A stretch of 64,000 nucleotides of DNA, from NCBI GenBank assembly GCA_958009085.1, contig OY253672.1, forward strand, positions 248,001 to 312,000, in the 5' to 3' direction. The stretch is from Protoeuglena noctilucae (lineage: Eukaryota). The notes beneath the pieces were generated by a model. It was not told where the DNA came from. It saw only the letters and a list, made by a program, of their open reading frames with translations, and ran no database searches. Both the position numbers and the translations under genes were made by a program. Positions 1-11,043 of this stretch are shown one piece after another (the stretch's first letter is position 1; each line of letters begins with the position of its first letter).

Positions 1-3000
1 ACGCTGCCAGGGCAGCTCCTGGGGCGTCTTCGCTGCGCACTGCTGCGCCCCTCGCGCGGGGCTGGCTGCTGGGCCTGCGGTCTCAGCCGCTGCCGTTGTC
101 GTGGCTGGCCAACGGCGTCACGCGCACCTCTATGCGATGCCTCGCTGGCAAGGCGGACGGTCGTCCCCGGCACGTGAAGCCCGAGCTGCCGCCGGACTTC
201 AGGCGAGTCAACCGAGTCGTTCCCGAGCCGTTCCGCCCCGCGCCTTCAGTGCTGTGGTGGCGACACCAGTGCAGTGGGGCCACGCCAGCCGCATCGACCT
301 GCCCGCTCGCTCTGCCTTGCAGCATGACAGAGGTGACGGCCAGCGGGTGCTGCGAGGGGTGCGGGGTGACGTTGCAGAGGGAGGACCCCGACAAGCCCGG
401 TTTCTTCCGGGTCCCCGAGAAACTGATCGAGGAGATTCTGGCAAATCGGCGGGCGGCAGCAGAGGGGCCTGAAAGTGAGGCCTGGGGTCTGCGCACGAGC
501 GCGAGAGTAGCAGCTTGGGTCTTGGTGTGACTGGACCAAGTGCATGGCCCGCGCAGGCATGGCGGCGAGGATTCGCGAGGCACAGGAGGCTGAGGATATG
601 GAGGGCGAGGGAGACGAGGAGGAGTTGGGGGAGTTGATGGGCGCTGATGGCTTGGACGACGCGGGGCGAGCGGGGGCCGGGGGCATGCCTTGGGAGGAAG
701 GGGGCGACGAGGGGCTGATTTCCATGGTGGTGGACGACCCGGAACTCGAAGCGCGGCTGGGAGGGGGGCGGAGGGACCGGGGCGGGTACGTGCGGGACGA
801 GGAGATTATGGAGATGCTGGAGGGCGAGCGGCGAGGGGTCACCGGGGCAGAGGTGGGTTGGGCCGTGTCGGGAATCTGATGAAAAGGTCTGCGAGTGTTT
901 GGTTCGAATATGCATGGCCTGTGTGCGTCGCTGCAGGCGCTAGCTCTGGAGGGCAACTACGCGGGGGAGGGCGTGGACGTCGTGGATGCGTTTGGGGCCA
1001 TGGCGGAGAGCTGGCTGGACGGGGGCCAGGGGAAGCGGCCAGCTATGCGGGACCAGGACATGGCCGGCCGGCCCAAGGTCCTCTGCGCGCGGTGCTTCAG
1101 GCGAGGGGCATGGTGGCGGGCATGGGTCCGCTGGGGGCGGGCGAGGTGATGCTGAGCGATTCAACAGTCGAGGGGTGCTATGACTCTCAGAGCCACGCCT
1201 TGCGGCAGAAGTGCCGTCCCCCGGGGCAGCTGACACCCCGGGGTTTCCATCGTTGCAGTGCATATGGCACGTGGCCCGCCCCCGCTAGGTCTCCCCACCC
1301 GAAGGCAAAGGGGTCGCCCACCCCGGGTTCTTGCACCCCTAGCCCCCTCGCTGCGCCCTAGGGCAGAATCGCCGTCCCAGAGTGGGACGATGCAGCCACG
1401 GGGGCGGGCGAGGGTGTGGGGGCACGCGACGCGACGCCCTTTGCCTATGCGCAGCCTGATCAACTACGGGCGCGTCAAGTCGGCGGAGGCAGAGGCACTG
1501 CTGCCCGAGTTCGACCTGCGCCGGCGGGTGGGGCGCAAGCTCGAGTCCCTCCGCGGGCGCAAGGGCGTCGTGGCGGTGGTGGTGGACGTGGCGGACTTTG
1601 ACGGCTCCCTGCCCCGATGGGCCCTGCAGCAGCTGCTGCCGCGCGACGCGGAGGGGCGCGCGTGCACCACGCCCGGCGTGCGGCTGGTGGTGCTCGCCAA
1701 CAAGGTGGACCTGCTGCCTCGATACGTCTCCGCCGATCGCCTCGAGATGTGGGTCCGGAGGCGCGCGCGGCAGGCGAGGAGCGTGGCGGGTGGGGAGCCC
1801 GCACGGTCAGCTGCGTCAGGCCCGTGACCACCCTCGCGCCCTCCCCCGTGCCCAGGGTGGCCTGCCCCGCCCTGACGCGGTGGTGCTCACGTCCGCGCGC
1901 ACGGGGTTCGGCATCGCCAGGGCCGTGGAGGAGATGGAGGTGCTGGCGGGGGACCGTGGCCAGGTTTTTGTGGTGGGGGCCCAGAACGCGGGCAAGTCAT
2001 CCGTCATCAACGCTATGGCACAGGTGGGGGAGGTGGCCGCCTCAGGCAGACGCTCTCTGCGACGCAGTGTGGCCACTCTTTGTCCGCGTGTGCCCCCGCC
2101 CGCAGCTCCAGGGCCACCCCCGCCCCCGCATCACCACGGCTGCGCTTCCCGGCACGACCCTGGGCGTGATTGAGGTGGACGGCCTGCTCCCCGGTAAGGC
2201 GCGCCTGTTCGACACCCCCGGCGTGCCGCACAATTACCAGCTGTCGAGCCGCTTGGGGAAGGAGGAGCTGGACCTGGCCATGCCCTCCAAGACGCTCCGG
2301 CCCCGCACCTACCGCATCGGGGCAGGCAGGAGCGTCAGCATCGGGGGCCTCGCCCGCCTCGACGTCATGGGCCTCTCGGGGGAGACGCTCTACATGACGG
2401 GTGGGGCCTGGGGATGGCTGGGGATGAGGGTGGGCCTGCACCCGCCACGGCTCATGTTCGTCATGGTCTGACGCCGGGCTCTCCGCCCCCGCAGTGTGGG
2501 CCTCCCCGTTGCTGGTACTGCACATGGGCGTGACCAGCAAGGCGGAGGAGGTGCGCGAACGGCACTTGTGCGGCAACCTCCGGCCGCCCTTAACTCGAGA
2601 GCGTACCGACGACATCGGACCCCTCGTGCCCACCGGTGAGCCGCTTCACCTGCCGCAAGGATGGCGTCGCATTTGCACATGCCTGTCCCCTGACGCCAGC
2701 CCTCCCCCCCGGCAGACGTGGTGGTCGAGGGCACCGAGTGGCTGCAGTCCACGGTGGACGTCCACGTGGCGGGCCTGGGCTGGGTGGGGGTGGGCATCAA
2801 GGGCCGCGCGGACTTGCGCGTCTGGGCGCCCCGCGGCGTGGCCATCACCACGCGGGACGCCCTGGTCCCCGACTATTCGGACCAGTTCGAGCGCGCCGGG
2901 TTCTCCGAGAACGCTGCGCAGCTTAAGTACGAGGTGCGGATGCCAGGTGGCGGACAGGGGAGGTGGCAGCGATCACTCTGGAACGGCCCCAGTCAAGGGT

Positions 3001-3273
3001 GTGTCTGAGGCTCTCATTCGACGAAGCGATCGTGTGGTGTTCACATCCATGCATGTTTGATGCCCGCAGGTCGCAGGACAGCCCGCGCCGGGGAAGGCCC
3101 GGGCGGGCAGGGACGCCAAGCGACCCGCCAAGGGCCGGGCGGGTGGGGCGAGGGACAGGGCGCCCTCCTCTGACCGCGACAAGGGCACGCGCGGGGGAAA
3201 GAGCCACGGGCAGGGTTCGCCGCAAGCTGAGGGGCGTAGCAACGGCCGTACTCAGGGCCAGATGGGGGCATGA
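1..3273 (+). CDS. Circularly permuted GTPase of the YqeH/NOA1/BPG2 family (organellar ribosome biogenesis); multi-exon, 5' end probably upstream of the window
   Basis: Zn-ribbon halves CEGCGVTLQ and CARCF; VVDVADFDGS, NKVDLLP (G4), VVGAQNAGKSS (G1), PGTTLG (G2), FDTPG (G3) in permuted order; SIGGLARLD and VAGLGW C-terminal motifs; stop TGA 3271-3273. Confidence 0.88.
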
Positions 3274-3352
3274 ACAAGGGCCGGTGGGGCAGCGGGCGCT
3301 TGAATGGGATGCCCACGATCAGAGCCACGACGCTACAAGAGCCATTGGCATT

Positions 3353-4732
3353 CTATGACCCCCGCTTGACACCCCACACGAGCGCCCAGTCCCCCTCCCG
3401 CTCGACCCTCACATCCGTGAGGTGCTCGCTGTATTCCCGCACGATCCCGTCCACCTGCGCCTCGACGATCCCCGACACGGCCACGCGGGCGCCGACCGCC
3501 GCGTAGCCCACCAGGCGATCTCGCAGGTCCAGAAGCGGGCCCTGCAGTATGTTGGCCACCACGATGTCGAACCTCTCGCCCGCGAGGGGCGTCGCGTCCT
3601 CGGCGCTGGGCCCGCACACCACGCACGCAAAGCGGCCGTCCACGCCGTTGGTCTGGGCGTTGCGCGCCGCCACCCGCACCGCCAGCGGGTCCGTGTCGGT
3701 GCCGCGCGCCTCCGCCGCGCCCATCAGGATCGCCGCGATGGCCAGCACGCCCGACCCCGCCCCGTAGTCCAGCACTCGGTCGCCGGCCCTCACGTTCCGC
3801 TTGAGCCATGACAGGCACAGGCGCGTCGTGGGGTGCTCCCCGGTGCCGAACGCCAGACCCGGCTCCAAGATGATGTGCAGGGCGGGAGCGGAGGGGTCGA
3901 GCGGGGGCGGCTGCGGAGGCCAGAGGGGGACTGCTCGAGCGTGGGTCTCGCGTGGCAGGCTCGGGGCAGGCACGTGGCGGCCCGTGCTTCTCGCCTCGCT
4001 GCCCTGGGGCACCACCCAGACGCCCTCGCAGGCGAGCACCGGGCGGAAGGCCTCGCGAACGGCCCGGGCCCAGTCCCCGACCAGCACCTTCCCCCTGGCG
4101 AAAGGCAGCGGCCGGCCCACTGCCTGCGAGGCCATCCGGACCGCCGCCTCGGCGTCCGCAGACGCCTCCAGGAACGCCACGACGTCGCAGGTGCGCCACA
4201 GCGCCTTCCCCGCCACATGCGCGTCAAAGATCTTCTCGCGCTCCTGTCCGTCCGGGCGGTGCTCTTCGATCAGCACGCTCACCCCCATCTCCATCTGAGT
4301 CTCGCACGACGTGAGGGTGATGTCATCGGCACCGGCGCAGGCGCAAGAGTGTTGTTCCAGGCCCAGGCGTAGCTTGCCACTGGCCAGCCTCACCAGGGCC
4401 TCCGAGATGAGCTCCGCCTCTTCGCCAGAAGCCGCGGGGATTGTGATCTTCACGCTCGCGACCTCGTCCGGGGACGCAAGAGGGTCGCCGACCGCCGCGG
4501 CGCGGCAGGGACGAGGCGGGGAGGGGCGCCCGTGTGCGCCCCAGCTGCCAGGAGCCTTTTTCCCGGACCCAAGGCGCCGAGCAGGGGCCCCAGCGAGTAT
4601 CTCACCGGCAATCGTCATCCGGCGGGGGTCGGCGGGGCGGGGGACCGGCTGGCGCGCGGCGGAAACGGTCCGCGCGGCCGCCGCAGCTCGCAGCGTCGCC
4701 TGCATCGCGCGGGCCCACGTGCGCGCAGCCAT
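3353..4732 (-). CDS. prmA: Ribosomal protein L11 methyltransferase (PrmA family) with organellar transit peptide
   Basis: LEPGLAFGTGEHPTT, VLDYGAGSGVLAIAA, GTDTDP, FDIVVANIL, SGI motifs; probable in-frame introns 4295-4393 and 3911-3994. Confidence 0.93.
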   Translation of the reverse strand: MAARTWARAMQATLRAAAAARTVSAARQPVPRPADPRRMTIAGEILAGAPARRLGSGKKAPGSWGAHGRPSPPRPCRAAAVGDPLASPDEVASVKITIPAASGEEAELISEALVRLASGKLRLGLEQHSCACAGADDITLTSCETQMEMGVSVLIEEHRPDGQEREKIFDAHVAGKALWRTCDVVAFLEASADAEAAVRMASQAVGRPLPFARGKVLVGDWARAVREAFRPVLACEGVWVVPQGSEARSTGRHVPAPSLPRETHARAVPLWPPQPPPLDPSAPALHIILEPGLAFGTGEHPTTRLCLSWLKRNVRAGDRVLDYGAGSGVLAIAAILMGAAEARGTDTDPLAVRVAARNAQTNGVDGRFACVVCGPSAEDATPLAGERFDIVVANILQGPLLDLRDRLVGYAAVGARVAVSGIVEAQVDGIVREYSEHLTDVRVEREGDWALVWGVKRGS

Positions 4733-4741
4733 CGTAGGTAT

Positions 4742-5207
4742 CTAACGCTCCAGAGCGCGCTGGTACGTGTTGTAGTTGAGGAGCTTCTCAATCAAGTCGA
4801 CTGCGTGGGGAGAGGACGGAGCGGCGTCAAGACGCATCGCCTCGGACCCTGCAGGACGCGCGACGACGGCCTGATCCGGCACATATTACTCACCATGGGT
4901 CAGTAGCATCCGACGGCAGCAGTAACGAACCAAGTGGAGCATGTCCAGCGCTTCCCTGGGGCCACCGGTGAAGGGGCTCGGTGGACAGCGCGGAGCTGAA
5001 GGCAAACATCGCCCCATCAGGTACACAGTAATGCAGCGATTCAAGTAGCATACCATCCTGTGCTCGCCAGCATCAAACCAAGCTTCCGCGGGACGCCGTG
5101 TCCTGCGCTCACTTCTCAGTGTAGCCGCTCTCGAGTAGCGACATGTAGTCGTCCCACTTGTCTCCAATGACCTTCCCGCAGGTAAAGCAGCGGACGGGGA
5201 TGATCAT
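4742..5207 (-). CDS. RPB10: DNA-directed RNA polymerases I/II/III subunit RPABC5
   Basis: Three exons give [18 protein letters not shown]...YTEK / [20 protein letters not shown] / [19 protein letters not shown], the RPB10 signature. Confidence 0.97.
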
Positions 5208-5539
5208 CGCGGCCAGTGGCCCCAGGGGCACGTCCGACAGATAATCTAGGCACGCCTCCGGCCACGGGTCGGGTTGCAGGCCGACGGACCAAGTCGTGGG
5301 GACTTCTGCGCACTGTCGGGGAGCCCTGGCGGACTCAGGCTCCTCGGCAAAGTTGCCAGACTTCATGGATCTGGCAAGCCCTGAAGCCAAATCAGCTCGC
5401 ATCGCCCACGCAGAGGGATCGCATTGATCGCGTCGTCGTCGTCGTCGCTTGGTTGCAGCGGTGCATCCATCGGCGTTGCTACACCCCTCCTCGTCCACAC
5501 CCCGTTTCCACGAAGCGCGTGGGGCCCCGGTCGCCAAGG

Positions 5540-6736
5540 ATGGCTGCAGCAGGAGTCGGGATGGGGACTACGCTAGCTCTGCACACGTGTACTCCGCTCT
5601 CAGGTGGTGGCAGACGTCGTTGAGGAAACCCCGCACAATACTAGCCGAGCTGTGATCTGTCGAGCTGCTCGATTGCGCTCAAGTTGTTTTTCCATGCCAC
5701 GATCGTATCGAGAGGACACGTTCCATGCCTGCTGGCCCGCGGCAGGGTCAGAACGGGGCCCGCACATCGCGTCCTCGCAGGACGAGGCCTCGGCTGGAGG
5801 CCTGGGCTGTGGCAGGGGCATGCACAGCGCGCGTCGTGCAGGTGTGGACTCTGCGATGTTCAATGCATGCCGCCACACCACCTGAGCCATCGATCGCAGC
5901 GGAAGTCCGCCCGACTGTTGCAGGCGCACCGTCCCGCGCGCGTCGTGGGTCGAGAACTCGGCCGAGGTGGAAGTTCCTGCGCCGGTTGAGCTATGCTATG
6001 AGATGTGGAGCGACCGCGCACGCATCCCGTCCTGGATGCCATGGATACATGCTGTGGAGGTGAGGAGACCCCTGATGGCGACTCGATTGCCATCGCCCAG
6101 CGCCGATGGAGTGCCCTCTAGTGTCATGCTGGCACCACTTTGTCATCCCTGTCATCGCATGACCCAGGACGTGCCTGCGTCCTCCCCTCTCATGCGCAGG
6201 TGCAGGAGCGCGACGAGAAGCTCTCCAAGTGGATTCTGCGCACCAGCGCCTTCAATCGCGACTGGGAGTTCTCGTGGCTGGCGCAGAACCTCGCGCCCGT
6301 GCCCCTGCAGAAGATCCACTGGCGCTCCGTGCCGGGGTCCGTGGGGGGGTCGCTAGGCTCGGGGATCGAGGTGCCCAACCGCGGGCAGATCCGGTTCGCC
6401 AAGCTTGGGGCGGAGAAGGTGCGTTGCGTTTGCATGGCCGTCGCACGGAGAGCGCCACTGGGCGAGCCGACTGGCAGAATTGCATGGCATCAGAAACACA
6501 ACTGCAGCTGGCGGGACTCGAACCGAGCTGTTTGCCAGTCCGTCACCCGCCCACGTCGCCCTTGCCGTGCGCAGACGCGCGTGACGTTAACCATCAGCTA
6601 CGAGGTGCCCTCCGTGCTCGTGCCCATCGGATCGGGGCTGTCGCCGTTCGTGGAGAGCATCCTCACGAAGGACATGGGGCGGTTCAGAGCGGAGGCCGAG
6701 AAGGAGCTTGCCCACCGGCAGAAGGCCGCGGCATGA
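5540..6736 (+). CDS. SRPBCC/polyketide cyclase-dehydrase family protein, probably plastid-targeted
   Basis: [70 protein letters not shown]; start codon and first exon are inferred. Confidence 0.8.
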
Positions 6737-6836
6737 TGTTCCGCTTTTCAGGGCGACGACCAAGGCAGCAGTCCGACAGTCTCCCGCTATGACGTCCAGC
6801 GGCACGGCGAGTAGCCCCTGGGCAGCCAGCCATGCG

Positions 6837-8065
<1,229 letters not shown>

Positions 8066-8340
8066 GAGCTGCTTTTCGCCCGCAACCCCACGCGTCGCGG
8101 GGGCCCGGCAGGGCAGCTACTGCGCGTCTGGAGAGAAGCCGCGCAAGCGAGACTCAATCTCAGCAGGCATCGGCCTGATGTAGCGCTGCAGGGATTGGCG
8201 GACGGCAATGCCTATTGATGGGATAGATGCCACGCACCAGGAGGCCTGCGACACACCTGGCAGTGGCACGACAAGTCCCCTGAGTCCGGCGTCGGGCCCT
8301 GCATTGGGTCCTTCGCGGCATTCGCGACGCCAGGCAGTAC

Positions 8341-9523
8341 ATGGCTTGCGGCCATGTCCGTGATACGATGCGTATAACCGACCACGCTGTGCTTCGCCTG
8401 ATCTCCCAGTACGTGCCGCCCAAATGCCTGGCAGTGCTGTCCTGCACGTGCCGTGACGCACGTTTGGCGATCGCAGAGTGTCGACGGGACATCTCCTTCG
8501 GAAGAGAGCGCCTGCCTATCGTCTGTGACAGGTGACAAGCATGACGCACCCCTCACACTCACTCAGTCTCGACTCGTGGAGAGAGGGTCTCCCTCCTGTC
8601 CTACCCAGTGACCCATGCCGGCTACCCTTCCCGTTCGTGTACACGCCCGTCTGCGTCACCCGCCGGGGCGCGCCTGTCCACCGGCACTTCCGCGGGGTGG
8701 TGGACGAGCGCTCCTGCTCGTGCCAGGCATGCCTTCCCAACGACACGGGGCCATCTTGCCTGTGCCTTGCGGGGCAGCCCGGCTCCCTCTTCACGGGCCC
8801 CGGCCGGATGGACGTGCACGCATGCGCGCAGAGGGGGGGCGTCCTCTGGCAGTGCTCTGAGGCCTGCAGCTGCGGGGATGAGTGCTGGGCGCGCCTGACG
8901 AGACGCGGCCTGTGCGTGCCCGTGGTGCTGCGGCATGGCCCCGCGGGGTGGGCGTGCTACGCGGCATCGCCCGTCCGCCGGGGCACGTTTCTGGCAGAGT
9001 ACGCGGGCGTGGTGCTGACGTCCGCGGAGGCCGACGCGGCGCTGCGTGCGTACGACGCGGAGGGGACCGGGCACGCGCTGCTGGTGGTACGGGAGGCGAT
9101 GCTGGATGGCATAGTGGCCAGGCGAGTCATGCGGGGTGCGGGTGATGCAGGCAGTCACTTGCTAGCCAGAGCGTCACGGTCACCGATCCGCGTGCCCGCC
9201 TCAGGACGAACGTGGACGCGACGCGCCAGGGGAACGTCGCACGCTTCTTCAACCACCGCTGCGGGGCACCCGGCACCGAGCACGGCCCCAACACGGCCCT
9301 GCTGACGGTGCGCACGCGGGGCCTCCCCTTGCCGAGCGTGGGCCTCTTCGCCGCCAGGGACATCGAGGAGGGAGAGGAGCTCTGCATCTCGTACGGAGAG
9401 CCGCCCGATCTGGGGAGCGTGACGGTGGGCGAGGACGGCGTGCCGCGGGGCCCCGGGGGCGTGCGCATGGAGCGCTGCCTGTGCCGCAGCCCAGCGTGCG
9501 GGGGGTGGCTGCCGTGCCGGTGA
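8341..9523 (+). CDS. Pre-SET/SET/post-SET histone lysine methyltransferase, SUVR3-like
   Basis: DISFGRERLPI, Cys-rich pre-SET, GTFLAEYAG, DATRQGNVARFFNHRC, EELCISYG, post-SET CLCRSPACGGWLP; start is either 8341 or 8368. Confidence 0.88.
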
Positions 9524-9579
9524 CTGCGGGTCGGTCGGAGCGAGCGGCGTCCCTGAGAGGGCAAAGAGCGATGCCCCCG

Positions 9580-10855
9580 CTACGATGGCAGGGTCTTGCT
9601 GTAGCATCCGTTGGGCCCGGTCGGCGGCGTCTCCTTGGCCGCCGCCTCGGTCACGCGCGCCCGCAGGTCCGCGATGAAGCTCCCCGCGCAGAGCGTCGGC
9701 AGGTGGTACAGATACAAGTGCTTTCCGTCGAACTTCTCGTCGAAGATCTCGAGGGGTGCGGGCAGATTGAACGGGGCCTTGACGAGGTCGATCGTGCTGC
9801 ACTGCCCGAGGGCAATGTCCACGTTCCCGTGCACGCGGGCCGCGCGGTCGCCGTTGAAGCGCTGCGAGGCGTGGACGTTGCTGTGAGCGGACAGCAACCC
9901 AGGGGCATCCTGAGGCAGACACATGCTCCCCCGTCTCTCATCACGCGCGCCGTGCCGCACCTGGAACTCGTCATCGCCCCTGGGGTACGACCCCACGAGG
10001 AGGAACGTGGAGTGCGTCGCGCAGTATTGCTCCAGAACATCCACGACCGTCCTCCATGGGAGGTGCTGGAGGGCGTCCCGGGAGAGGATGAGGTCGTGGG
10101 CGCCCCCGGGGATGGCGCGGGAAACGTCCGAAACGTGGAACTGCGCCCGTGGGGCCAGGTGGCGCAGGGAGACGCGGTCCCTCTCGACGACGGAGGCGAC
10201 GACGTCCACGCCCGTGTACCGGAAGCACGGGATGTCGGCCATGAGGTCCTCCAGCAGCAGGGTGGTCCACACCACAGCCCCGCAGGGCGCGTCGAGCATG
10301 CTCGTGACCCCGTACTTGTACACGACCAGGGGCAGGATTTGCCGCGTCACGACCGTGGAGCTCGGCTCGCTGCCCTGGCCAGACCCTCCGCCCCACTCAG
10401 CCCCCCACTGCGGCGTGCCAATGACGAGGCTGCATCATCACGTATCAGCGGGGCATGCACGGCGAGGGTCGAGCACCTCGCCACGACCGCAAGCTCACCG
10501 ACCCCTTCTGATAAATGTCCGTGAAGCGCTTCTGGATGTCCGTGGGCGCTTTGTCCGCCTCGGTGACGGCCCCTTGAGGGGCGCTGGCCACCGCTGGTGA
10601 CTCCTGGCGCAGGAGGCAGACGAGCGGCCCGATGGGACCGGCACGGTCGAGGCGAAAGGGGGCAGGGACCAGCACGGGCACTGGGCGCGCGGGGCTGCCT
10701 CCAGCCCTGCCGTCAGTGGCGGGGGCGGTGGGGGCCACACGGCTCCGCAGGTACAGCAGCAGCACACAGACGAGGGCCACGCCCGCGAGCGAGACGTGGA
10801 TCATGTTCCGCGACGCTGGAAAGCGGGACCGCCCCGGCCCCTCCGCCTTGCCCAT
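9580..10855 (-). CDS. Class I SAM-dependent methyltransferase-like protein with N-terminal signal anchor
   Basis: Hydrophobic VSLAGVALVCVLLLYL; FTDIYQKG..W..GSGQGS; SMLDAPCG..W; YTGVDVV; DLILSRDALQHL. Confidence 0.75.
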
Positions 10856-11043
10856 CGCCGCACGTGGGGCCCTGCCCCGACCCTCGGGATTCGCACGGGG
10901 TGTGGGGGCCCCCTTTCAAGCCTGGAGCCCGGCGAGGAGGGACCAGAGAGGCGTGATTGCGCGGGGAGGACCCCGGGAGGGTCGGCCGCGGCGCTAGGGC
11001 TGCCAGCAAGCCCACCTCGTCAGTCAGCGTTTCATGCCCGAAG

